Shown here piece after piece: positions 45,726 through 54,917 of a stretch of DNA of 56,243 nucleotides. Position 1 is the stretch's first letter. Each line of letters opens with the position of its first letter. Location: positions 1 through 56,243 of IMG/VR virus record IMGVR_UViG_3300009184_000053; one strand, written 5' to 3'. Source of the DNA: a virus (lineage: Duplodnaviria; Caudoviricetes). The notes under the pieces were generated by a model. It was not told the DNA's origin and ran no database searches. It saw only the letters and a program-made list of their open reading frames with translations. The position numbers and the translations under genes were made by a program.

Positions 45726-48700
45726 ATGTTAGGAGCAACCGATCAATTAAGGAGTCTCTTTTTAAAGGGATTTAAACTTTCAAAACAAGGGAACTACGAG
45801 GATCCAACATATCTTGGATTTAAAATTGTTTTCGATTTTGGGGTTTTACCTGTTGGCGTTGAAGACGGTTTACCTCCTAGTCCAATACTTAAGAAAGACA
45901 ATTATCTAGCTGACACTGGTGTTAATAGTTTCGTAAGCAGAAATCCATTCGGCCAACCTCAATACGACTATAAGGAGCCTGGACCTGCTGGTGAAATAGC
46001 TTTTTATTCTGCAGTAACATATCTAAGCGAAAGGGAGGATGGGTTTATAAACGGTGGAAAAAGAGCAGATATGCTTGTTCAATTCCAAAACACTCTAAAA
46101 GATCTTGTTAATAATTATCCTTGGTTTTTTCAATCTATAAATGGACTAGATGCTTTAGCTAAAGTTTCTAGGACTGGATTTCCTGATGATAGCTCAGGTA
46201 CTTTTAACCCGCAGAGAACTGCAGGTAAGATTTTAGAATTTAAAACACTGGAGTCATTGAATCTAAGAATGACTGCTTTGGCAACACTTTATAATCAAGC
46301 AACTTTTGATTATGATAATATGAGAGAGGTTGTTCCTAGGAATCTTAGAAGGTTTACAATGTATATCTTTGTTTCTGAAATAAGAAATTTTTTCAAAACC
46401 TCTAGATTGATTGGATCTTCGTCTACTCTTAAAACCATAGATAATCTTTCCTCTTTATTAGGTAATGGAAATAATCCCGGGACAAATCTGGGAGTGACCC
46501 AAATTGCAGGAGAACAAAATCAACAATATTCTTCCGGTGGAGCAACCAACCCAACTAATGGGTTTACTTCTTTTATAGGAAACGTTCTTAATAATTCAGG
46601 CTTAGACAGTGATATATCTCTTCTTAGAAATCAACAAGATCAATCAGGAATTAAACCTGTTATAGTTTTTGAGTGCAGAAATTGCGAGTTTGATTTTGCA
46701 GAAAGCACACCTATAACTAGTTCAATTTCTCCAGGTACAAATCAACCCGATTTAACTACTCAGGGATTTAAAGTTCATGTGGGTAATGTTAGAATGAGAT
46801 CACAATTCCCTAACATTAGACAGGACGGAAATCCTTTAATCCTAGCTGATAGCTGGGATGGTGGAAGATCTTCAGTTCAAAAGAATCCAAAGGATCAAAG
46901 CCAAATACTTTCTATAGGCGAAGAACTTTTAACAAACTTTATAAGCAATTCTTTAAATGATCTAATCAATGAGGGAGCAGCTACTCTTACTGGTGCTTTA
47001 TCTGGAGTTGATAGAACAATTCTTGGTAACACCTACACTTTTAATACTGCTGCTCTCAATGGAACAAATCTTTCTTTCAATAACGCACAGAATTTTTTAC
47101 AAAGTTTAGGAGGAGTTAACGGACTTGGGAATAGACTTCCTAATCCACAAACTAATGGTCTCGGGGGTCCTCCTCAAAGAGCTTATGTAAAACCTACTGG
47201 CGATGAATATTTAGGAAATCCTGGACAAGATTTAGGAAGCCCTGGTAGGGTGTATCCAAAAGTCAGTGATGATGCTTATCCAACATCACCAGGTAAGGAT
47301 TTGGGACTGCCTTTAAGAGCATACTCTTCACCAGGCGGAGACGAGTATCCAAACAATCCTGGACAGGATCTAGGAGTTCCCCAGAGAATTTATCCTGTTC
47401 CTTCCGGTGATCAGTATATAAATTCACCAGGAACTGATCTTGGACTTCCAAGAAGAGCTTACAGCTCCCCAGGTGGAGACGAATATCCTGAAAATCCTGG
47501 AAATGATTTAGGAGTTCCTCAGAGAATTTACCCAAAACCATCGGGAGATGTTTATCCAAATTCACCAGGTAGTGATCTTGGTGTTCCCCCTAGAGCTTAC
47601 CAACAGCCTTCAGGAGATGCATACCCTAATAATCCAGGAAGTCTTAACTCAACAAATATAAATGGAGGGGATCTCGGGGTTCCTCAAAGGGTTTATCAAA
47701 AACCATCCGGAGATGTTTATCCAACTTCACCTGGACAGGATCTAGGTCTTCCAAGAAGAGCTTATCAATCAGTTTCCGGTGATTCTTATCCGACTAATCC
47801 TGGATCAGCAAATGCATCAGATCCTAACTCATTAGGAGGAGATCTTGGTGTACCCCAAAGAATTTATCCAAAACCTTCAGGAGATGTTTATACAACATCC
47901 CCAGGTCAAGATCTAGGTTTACCCCAAAGAGCTTATCCCTTAACATCGGGCGACGCATATCCAACTAATCCAGGAAATCCAAGTTCTCAAGGAGGTAGCA
48001 ATGCTGCAGGAGGAGATCTTGGCGTACCTCAAAGGATTTATCCAAAACCATCTGGAGATGCTTATGTAGATTCTCCAGGCAAAGATCTTGGACTTCCTTT
48101 AAGAAGTTATAACCAACCAACAGGTGACGGGTATCCAAATAATCCTGGTGGAGATTTGGGTGTTCCCCAAAGGGTTTACACCAATCCTACAGGTGATTCC
48201 TATGCTGATGTACCAGGAAGAGATCTGGGTTTACCACAAAGAGCTTACGGCAAACCAACAGGTGACGAATATCCAAGTAACCCTGGGGATCTTAATTCGA
48301 CAGGGGGAGATCTTGGAGTACCACAAAGAATTTATCCAAAGCCTGATGGCGATGTATATCCAAATAGTCCAGGAATTGATGCAGGACTTCCTTTAAGAGC
48401 TTATCCAAAAACTGATGGTGATACTTATCCAGGGGTTCCTGGTCCTGAACTAGGAGCACCTGATAGGGTATACAATAAACCTTCAGGTGACGTTTATTCT
48501 AAAGTACCCGGGTCTTCTTTAGGTGTTCCTGATAGAGCTTATCAACCTGCTTCTGGTGACGAATACACTGGAGTTCCTGGTCCAGATTTGGGAGTAGCAG
48601 AAAGAATTTATACAAAGCCATCCGGTGATTCTTATCCGAATTCTCCAGGTAGTGATCTTGGACTCCCACAAAGAATTTATAGCAAACCATTTGGTGATGA

Positions 48701-50654
48701 ATATAGCGGGGTTCCAGGTAAAGAATTAGGCAAGCCTGAAAGAGTTTATCAAAATCCCGAGGGCGATGTTTACCCAGATTCACCAGGTAGATCCCTTGGA
48801 TTACCTGGAAGAGTATATGAGGGAATCGCTGCTGATCAATATTTAGATGTTCCAGGAAAAGAATTAGGAGTTCCTCAAAGGGTTTACCCTGCTCCAGGTG
48901 GAGATGTCTATGATAAATCGCCAGGTGAAGATTTAGGATTGCCAGGAAGAACGTACGGTACACTTTCAGACGATGAGTACATAGGTTCACCTGGAAAGGA
49001 TTTGGGTGTTCCGCAAAGGGTTTATCCGAACGTGAATAGTGACGTTTACCCCGATTCACCAGGTAAGCAATTAGGGGTTCCTGATAGAATTTACAATTCA
49101 CCAGATGGTGATGTGTATCAGGAGGTTCCTGGTCCCGAATTGGGCGGACAAACCCGAATTTATCCAAAACCAGATGGAGATGTTTATTCTAAATCACCAG
49201 GGGAAGATTTAGGACTTCCCCTTAGAAATTATAAAAAACCAGAGGGTAATGCATATCCTAATCTTGATGATAGCTATAAAGGTGGCAGTCCAGAAATAGA
49301 TATTAATAGAATTTATCCAGACCCAGGTGGCGATGCATACACTGGAGTTCCCGGACCAGATTTAGGATTATCTGTTGGTGGATATGAGAGAGCTTATAAA
49401 TCTCCAGAGGGAGATGCATATTCAAACGTACCTGGTAAAGATTTGGGTGTTCCTGAAAGAGTTTATAAAGAAACCGGTGATGATGTATATCCTAGCGTAC
49501 CTGGACCTGATTTAGGTTTAAATAGTAGCTCTAGAGATTACCAGAGAAATTATAGAGCTCCGTCGGGAGACGAGTATCCAAGAAACCCTGGTCCTGATTT
49601 GGGGGTTAAAGGTGATGTTGGATCCCCGCAGAGGGTTTATCCAAAACCTAATGGAGATGCTTATCCGACCTCTCCTGGCCCAGATTTAGGACTTCTTAGG
49701 GAAGGATCCTCAGCTTCCAGAGTTTATGTTCCGCCTTATGGAGATTCATATCCTGGAAATCCTGGTACAGACCTTGGTGTTAGAAAAGACAGCGGATCTA
49801 TTCAAAGGGTTTATCCGAACCCTGGTGGTGATGTTTATCAGGGGGTTCCTGGGGTTGATCTTGGTGTTAAATTAGGAACTGACCAGAGAGCTTATAAAGT
49901 TCCAGATCCTTCTGATTCATATTCAAATAACCCAGGAACGGATCTTGGGGTTAGAAAAGAAGTAGGAACACCTCAGAGGATCTACCCGAAACCAGGTGGT
50001 GACGTATACCCAAATAATCCAGGTAAAGATCTTGGTGCTCCTGATAGAATTTACAATAATCCAGGAATTGATGATGAATATCCACACGTTCCAGGAAAAG
50101 ATCTGCTAAACAATCCTAGTGTTTATAATAAAGTTTCTGGAGATGTTTATCCAAATTCCCCAGTAAATGATTTGGAAGCACAGAATAGTTCTTACGTAAG
50201 AAGTTTAGAAAATAATCCTTCTAACCAAATCTCAGGAGATAGAGTTTACGGTAATCAATCAAATATCCCAGCATCTAATTTATCCGCAGATCAGGTTTAT
50301 TCCGCTCCTGGTATGACTAATTCTTTTGGATCTGCTGAAAGAGTTTACGGAAATCAAATTTCAACTAATTCTCCTAATCAGATAGAGCAAACCTCAATAT
50401 ATCCAAAACAAGACTCAACTATCTCTAACTCTGATGTTCTAAGTAATTTCAAAGGTGAAATGCCGGAGCCTGTATATCCTCAGGTCCAATCATTTGCATC
50501 TTCCAGAATGAGAGGCGATCTTGGAAGGGATTATCCTCCCGTTTCCGGAGATTTTTTAATCGATAAACCTATAAATTTGGGAAATCTAAAACCCCCTGAT
50601 AAATATAATATTAGTACAGGAGGATATAATTCACCTAAATCAGAATTTGAATAA
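45726..50654 (+). CDS. baseplate-region structural protein: N-terminal globular (possibly tube-like) domain plus ~40 Pro/Gly-rich 23-aa repeats
   Basis: 1642-aa ORF between the hub and spike genes; repeats counted by eye. Confidence 0.8.
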   Translation: MLGATDQLRSLFLKGFKLSKQGNYEDPTYLGFKIVFDFGVLPVGVEDGLPPSPILKKDNYLADTGVNSFVSRNPFGQPQYDYKEPGPAGEIAFYSAVTYLSEREDGFINGGKRADMLVQFQNTLKDLVNNYPWFFQSINGLDALAKVSRTGFPDDSSGTFNPQRTAGKILEFKTLESLNLRMTALATLYNQATFDYDNMREVVPRNLRRFTMYIFVSEIRNFFKTSRLIGSSSTLKTIDNLSSLLGNGNNPGTNLGVTQIAGEQNQQYSSGGATNPTNGFTSFIGNVLNNSGLDSDISLLRNQQDQSGIKPVIVFECRNCEFDFAESTPITSSISPGTNQPDLTTQGFKVHVGNVRMRSQFPNIRQDGNPLILADSWDGGRSSVQKNPKDQSQILSIGEELLTNFISNSLNDLINEGAATLTGALSGVDRTILGNTYTFNTAALNGTNLSFNNAQNFLQSLGGVNGLGNRLPNPQTNGLGGPPQRAYVKPTGDEYLGNPGQDLGSPGRVYPKVSDDAYPTSPGKDLGLPLRAYSSPGGDEYPNNPGQDLGVPQRIYPVPSGDQYINSPGTDLGLPRRAYSSPGGDEYPENPGNDLGVPQRIYPKPSGDVYPNSPGSDLGVPPRAYQQPSGDAYPNNPGSLNSTNINGGDLGVPQRVYQKPSGDVYPTSPGQDLGLPRRAYQSVSGDSYPTNPGSANASDPNSLGGDLGVPQRIYPKPSGDVYTTSPGQDLGLPQRAYPLTSGDAYPTNPGNPSSQGGSNAAGGDLGVPQRIYPKPSGDAYVDSPGKDLGLPLRSYNQPTGDGYPNNPGGDLGVPQRVYTNPTGDSYADVPGRDLGLPQRAYGKPTGDEYPSNPGDLNSTGGDLGVPQRIYPKPDGDVYPNSPGIDAGLPLRAYPKTDGDTYPGVPGPELGAPDRVYNKPSGDVYSKVPGSSLGVPDRAYQPASGDEYTGVPGPDLGVAERIYTKPSGDSYPNSPGSDLGLPQRIYSKPFGDEYSGVPGKELGKPERVYQNPEGDVYPDSPGRSLGLPGRVYEGIAADQYLDVPGKELGVPQRVYPAPGGDVYDKSPGEDLGLPGRTYGTLSDDEYIGSPGKDLGVPQRVYPNVNSDVYPDSPGKQLGVPDRIYNSPDGDVYQEVPGPELGGQTRIYPKPDGDVYSKSPGEDLGLPLRNYKKPEGNAYPNLDDSYKGGSPEIDINRIYPDPGGDAYTGVPGPDLGLSVGGYERAYKSPEGDAYSNVPGKDLGVPERVYKETGDDVYPSVPGPDLGLNSSSRDYQRNYRAPSGDEYPRNPGPDLGVKGDVGSPQRVYPKPNGDAYPTSPGPDLGLLREGSSASRVYVPPYGDSYPGNPGTDLGVRKDSGSIQRVYPNPGGDVYQGVPGVDLGVKLGTDQRAYKVPDPSDSYSNNPGTDLGVRKEVGTPQRIYPKPGGDVYPNNPGKDLGAPDRIYNNPGIDDEYPHVPGKDLLNNPSVYNKVSGDVYPNSPVNDLEAQNSSYVRSLENNPSNQISGDRVYGNQSNIPASNLSADQVYSAPGMTNSFGSAERVYGNQISTNSPNQIEQTSIYPKQDSTISNSDVLSNFKGEMPEPVYPQVQSFASSRMRGDLGRDYPPVSGDFLIDKPINLGNLKPPDKYNISTGGYNSPKSEFE
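47157..50161 (+). repeat. coding tandem repeat, ~40 x 69 bp (DLG(V/L)PxRxYxxPxGDxYxxxPGx)
   Basis: Direct reading; diverged at DNA level, with occasional insertions. Confidence 0.92.
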
Positions 50655-50656
50655 TT

Positions 50657-51358
50657 ATGCCAAGTGAAAAAACATACCTTGGTAAAGTTGTAGATAATAA
50701 AGATCCACTTTATCAGGGAAGAGCAAAAGTACAAGTATTTGGAATTTTTGATGGAATACCGGTAGATGATTTGCCATGGGCTGAACAGATCTCAGGTCTA
50801 TCCTTTGGCGGATACTACGGGGGTGGTAATACATCCATTCCCAGAATAGGGACTGTTGTTTCTGTTCATTTTGAGGATGATAATTATTACAAAATGAATT
50901 TTCACTACGTAAAAGAACTTTCAGATGATTTACTTCAGGAGCTTAGAGATGAAAATTCATATGACGGAACACAATCACTAGTATATGATTCGGAGGCTCA
51001 ACCAGGGGCTCTTAAAATTATCTATACCCGGAAGAAGGGATTAGTTTTTCAGCTGGGTGATGCGATAATTCAATTAGATACACAGAATGCCGGAACAGAT
51101 AAGGAAAAGCTTAGAATAGTTCTAAAAATGAACGACGACGAGATTAGAATGGAGAAGAAGAACGGTAAACAAACTGTTATAATTAACAGTGGTAATATAG
51201 AATTAGGTGAAGACGCTGCTGAAAGACTTATTCTTGGTGATTCATTTAAATCCCTCTATAATTCACACACCCACTCCACACCATCAGGGGAGTCTTCTAT
51301 GCCAACCCAATTAATTCAGGATAATATCCATCTTAGTCAGATTTCTAAAACTAAATAA
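50657..51358 (+). CDS. gp5: baseplate central spike (gp5 N-terminal OB fold, gpV-type HxH apex, no lysozyme domain)
   Basis: GKVVDNKDP...GRAKVQVFG...LPWA, IPRIG.VV.V.F; C-terminal NSHTH. Confidence 0.85.
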   Translation: MPSEKTYLGKVVDNKDPLYQGRAKVQVFGIFDGIPVDDLPWAEQISGLSFGGYYGGGNTSIPRIGTVVSVHFEDDNYYKMNFHYVKELSDDLLQELRDENSYDGTQSLVYDSEAQPGALKIIYTRKKGLVFQLGDAIIQLDTQNAGTDKEKLRIVLKMNDDEIRMEKKNGKQTVIINSGNIELGEDAAERLILGDSFKSLYNSHTHSTPSGESSMPTQLIQDNIHLSQISKTK

Positions 51359-51375
51359 TCACTTATTTAATTCAA

Positions 51376-51403
51376 GGAACTTAAGATTTGATATATACTA
51401 TAA
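51376..51403 (+). promoter_or_regulatory. overlapping ECF-like (GGAAC-N16-ACTATAA) and late (GATATATA 51390-51397) promoters
   Basis: Both recurrent motifs are present upstream of the S1 homolog. Confidence 0.6.
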
Positions 51404-51445
51404 CTAAATAACTTTTAATCACTAAACCTTTTAAAAACAAAAAGA

Positions 51446-52606
51446 ATGAGTTTTAATTCACCAGAAAATTTTGATTGGACATTACCAAACAAAAGAGCGG
51501 TTAACCCAAAAATTAAATCCCCAGAGGGAGCTAGAGTCTATTCACATGAATCTTATGCACAGGAGCTAAGTAATCTTTATTTTAACTATGAATCAGACTT
51601 TATGGATTCTATAGGGAAAGATCTTAAGGACGGTGAGGTTTACAACTGTGTAATAACTAATATGAGCGAAACTGAAGCTTTAGCACAAACTGCAGCGGGA
51701 CAAACAATTTATATAGATCTTAGGAAAGAATTGAGAGATTCTGTAAAACTTAATATTGAAACTATTGTATTTAATATAGGATCAGAATTTAAGGCTGCTG
51801 TTAAAAAAATAGGGGGTAGCTATACAGGATCGGTTGTAGATTATTATGCTCAAAGTATAAGAATGGAATTCTTTGAACAAATAAAGAAGGCTTCTCATGC
51901 TTATAGAGCTAAAGTAGAGAGTATTAACAAAGGTGGATACATCGCAAGCATCTCTGGTATAAAATGTTTTTTACCTGGATCTCTAGCTGCTGCTAATAGA
52001 ATTACTGATTTTGAATCTTATATAGGAAAAGAGATTCCTGTTATGATTGAAGGATATGTGGAAGGCAAGGATATTTTTATAATATCTTACAAGAAGTACC
52101 TTAATAAAATAATGGATTCTAAAATCCAAGAACTCGATCTTACTAAGAAATATAAGGGATCAGTTACAGGAACTAGCCAGTTTGGTGTTTTCGTTGAGTG
52201 GGAAGAAGTTTACACTGGATTAATTCATAAAACTGAATTCGAAAACGATTCCACTATATCATCATTCTCTCCTGGGGACGAGATAGAATTTTACGTTAAA
52301 GAAATAAAGGACAATAACAGATTAACTTTAACTTTAGAAAAGCCCCTAGAAAGAAATGTTATTCTTCAGGATCTTGATAATCAAATAAAAGATGGTACTT
52401 TAGAACAAGTTGAAGCAAGAATTAAGCACAAAAGAAAAAATGGAACACTTATAGAATTAATTCCATTCGGTCTTATGGCACTTATCCCTCATGATAAATC
52501 TGGAAAGAACATGGCTAACTTAAAAATGGGTGATTCTTTAACTGTTTCGATATATGAGGTTGAACCTAATACAGGAAAAATATTTGCAGAACCAGTAAAT
52601 GAATAA
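51446..52606 (+). CDS. rpsA: ribosomal protein S1 (bS1) homolog, about 4 S1/OB domains
   Basis: KVESINKGGY...CFLPGSL, GSVTGTSQFGVFVE....GLIH.TE, GDEIEFYVKEI....RLTLT; N-terminal NFDW...EL..LY. Confidence 0.82.
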   Translation: MSFNSPENFDWTLPNKRAVNPKIKSPEGARVYSHESYAQELSNLYFNYESDFMDSIGKDLKDGEVYNCVITNMSETEALAQTAAGQTIYIDLRKELRDSVKLNIETIVFNIGSEFKAAVKKIGGSYTGSVVDYYAQSIRMEFFEQIKKASHAYRAKVESINKGGYIASISGIKCFLPGSLAAANRITDFESYIGKEIPVMIEGYVEGKDIFIISYKKYLNKIMDSKIQELDLTKKYKGSVTGTSQFGVFVEWEEVYTGLIHKTEFENDSTISSFSPGDEIEFYVKEIKDNNRLTLTLEKPLERNVILQDLDNQIKDGTLEQVEARIKHKRKNGTLIELIPFGLMALIPHDKSGKNMANLKMGDSLTVSIYEVEPNTGKIFAEPVNE

Positions 52607-54005
52607 CGAAAGAACCCACTTTGATCAACTGTATGCTCTTAGCTCTTCTGAAATTGGATTTGAGTTTGAGTTCTATACAAATATGCTTAAGGGCAAAGCT
52701 GCGGATGCATTGGGTAAGGTTCTTAATAAAAAAGTGATAGTTTCAGAAAAGTATCACTCTAAAGTTCCGGTAAATGCGAATACTTTTAAGTTAGAGCCTG
52801 ATTATTCAGGAGGAGGTAAAATGGTAGAATTCATAACCGGACCCCTTCCTTATAATGAGGCTATACCTATTATGATCAAAACCCTAAAATGGATAGACGA
52901 GAATGGGTGGACTAATGATAGATGTGCTTTTCAATTTTCAGTAAGCTTTGATAAATCTAGAAAGGATATAAAAGATAATATTGAAAATTTAGATAGACTT
53001 AAATTTATATTAGGATTGGATGAGGGTAAGATATACGATAAGTTTGGAAATAGGATTAAGAATGTTTATGCTAAATCTGTAAAAAGAGTGGTTCCTAGAA
53101 ATAGATTTTCACTTCTTGATAATATAACATCTATTGATCCTAAGATGTATAAAATTCCTGATGACAAATATTACGGTGTGAATTTTACAAAAATATCTAA
53201 GGGATATCTTGAATTCAGATATTTAGGAAACAGAGATTATCAGAAAAAGATAAAGGAGATAAGAGAGGTTGTTGACTATGTTATATTATATCTTTATGAC
53301 ATATTAAGTAGAAGAATAGGCGGATACACTAAAGATGATCTTGCTAAGCTACAGAATATGATGAAGGATTATGTTAAGGTTGTTAAATCTTTTAACAATC
53401 CTGAATTTTTCTTTAGAAATTATCCGGATTTTCATTTATTCGTAGATCTTAAAGGATGGGAAGAAAATATAAAAACATATTTTCCAGTAATCAGAGATAA
53501 ACTTTTTGAAATTATAGTTGAAGGAAATGTTACATCAGGCTATTTCAACTATGATACAGCTACAGGTAAATATCAACTTAAGGAAGCTAGAAGTAGGGAA
53601 GCAGTTTCGATAAATGGTGTAGATCTAATTCTTTGTGATATCAAGAACGGTGTTCTGACTAATTGTAATATTTATAGCAGTGAGATAAAAAAGTCATCTT
53701 TAGAGGATTGTAATATTGTTAGTGATTCTAAATTATTTTCATGTAAAGTTAAGTCAACTATAGTTGAATTCACTAACGAGCTAAATGACTGTTTTATTGA
53801 TTGTGAGGGAAAGAATGTTAACTGTAAAATAGAAGGCGGTGTTTTTAGAGCAGGAAATCTTGGTGAAGCTTCAAATGTAAGTAAAGACACATATAAAGTA
53901 AAAGGATGGGACGAGCTTAGAAACAAAAGGTTTGTTACTGACAGTAGGCTAAAGGATCTTAATGATAAATACAATATATCAAGGTTCGGTAATATGAACT
54001 ATTAA
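52599..54005 (+). CDS. putative amidoligase (COOH-NH2 ligase) with C-terminal beta-helix-like repeats
   Basis: IGFEFEF, LEPDYS, EFITGPL, RCAFQFSVS, KYYGVNF, YLEFRY. Confidence 0.75.
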   Translation: MNNERTHFDQLYALSSSEIGFEFEFYTNMLKGKAADALGKVLNKKVIVSEKYHSKVPVNANTFKLEPDYSGGGKMVEFITGPLPYNEAIPIMIKTLKWIDENGWTNDRCAFQFSVSFDKSRKDIKDNIENLDRLKFILGLDEGKIYDKFGNRIKNVYAKSVKRVVPRNRFSLLDNITSIDPKMYKIPDDKYYGVNFTKISKGYLEFRYLGNRDYQKKIKEIREVVDYVILYLYDILSRRIGGYTKDDLAKLQNMMKDYVKVVKSFNNPEFFFRNYPDFHLFVDLKGWEENIKTYFPVIRDKLFEIIVEGNVTSGYFNYDTATGKYQLKEARSREAVSINGVDLILCDIKNGVLTNCNIYSSEIKKSSLEDCNIVSDSKLFSCKVKSTIVEFTNELNDCFIDCEGKNVNCKIEGGVFRAGNLGEASNVSKDTYKVKGWDELRNKRFVTDSRLKDLNDKYNISRFGNMNY

Positions 54006-54020
54006 AATAACCCCTAGAAA

Positions 54021-54815
54021 ATGATATTAGATGGATTGGTACAAGAAATAGAGGATGCACTATCTTTTAGTTGCGCTCTCCCGTACAACCTAAATCGTCA
54101 GGAGGTTGAAAGAATTATAAATAGAGCTAAATCTTGGTTTAGAGATAATTATCAATACGCTGTAGAGGATAGGGTTTTTATCCTTGCTAATTCCATATTT
54201 CAACATAAAGAATTTAGATCAACTAGACAATTAAGACTCCCTGATTCTATAGTTACCGTATATGATGTAAGAGAAGTTGGGGGATCTGGGATTTCTGGTA
54301 ATCCTGATAGAGATTTCAGTGATTCTAAACTTTTAGGATCTGAGTTATTGCTTTCACCATTTGTTGGAGATAATCTTGTTTATAGAACTGTAATGTATTC
54401 TTACTTTGATTTATCTAGAGCATATCTTTTAAACAGTTTTGCATTCAAGTGGAATAAGAATAGTAAAAATTTAACTATATTAGGTAGGGACCCTTCAAGA
54501 TCAGGAAAGAACGGGGGATCTGCAAATTCCCAAATGGCACAAGGATTTGGTGTTGGTGGTGTGGATGTTGCAGTTAGATGTTATGTTGCTATTAATGACG
54601 AGGATCTTTTCAGTGATGAGCTTTTTGTTAGATATTGTATAGCCAAATCTAAAATAGCTTTAGCTAATATGCTTTCAGTTTTTAATTACAATTTACCCGG
54701 GGGTATTCAAGTAAATTCGGGGGATATTAAAGCGACAGGGGAAGCAGAGCTTCAGGAGGTTATGGAAATGATAAATGGTGAGAACACTCCTAGCTACTTT
54801 CTCCAATGGAATTAA
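54021..54815 (+). CDS. gp13: neck protein (T4 gp13-like head-tail adaptor)
   Basis: I.RA..WF.D; C-terminal NLPGGIQVN..DI...GEAEL.EV; GATAAATA at 53964. Confidence 0.75.
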   Translation: MILDGLVQEIEDALSFSCALPYNLNRQEVERIINRAKSWFRDNYQYAVEDRVFILANSIFQHKEFRSTRQLRLPDSIVTVYDVREVGGSGISGNPDRDFSDSKLLGSELLLSPFVGDNLVYRTVMYSYFDLSRAYLLNSFAFKWNKNSKNLTILGRDPSRSGKNGGSANSQMAQGFGVGGVDVAVRCYVAINDEDLFSDELFVRYCIAKSKIALANMLSVFNYNLPGGIQVNSGDIKATGEAELQEVMEMINGENTPSYFLQWN

Positions 54816-54834
54816 AATATTATTAATTAATTTT

Positions 54835-54868
54835 AAACCCCAAATTCTTATAGATTTTGGGGTTTTTT
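54835..54868 (+). terminator. rho-independent terminator
   Basis: AAACCCCAAA...TTTGGGGTTT plus a T run. Confidence 0.75.
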
Positions 54869-54894
54869 GTAGATTATGTGACTTAGAAATTAGT

Positions 54895-54902
54895 GATATA
54901 TA
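54895..54902 (+). promoter_or_regulatory. putative late promoter GATATATA
   Basis: Recurrent motif. Confidence 0.6.
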
Positions 54903-54917
54903 ATACGAATTTTAAGC

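Noticed and set aside
47157-50161. 69-bp repeats as a CRISPR array or DGR template/variable repeats
   Set aside because: Conservation is at the protein level with diverged DNA, there is no adenine-specific mismatch pattern, and no reverse transcriptase or cas gene is in the window.
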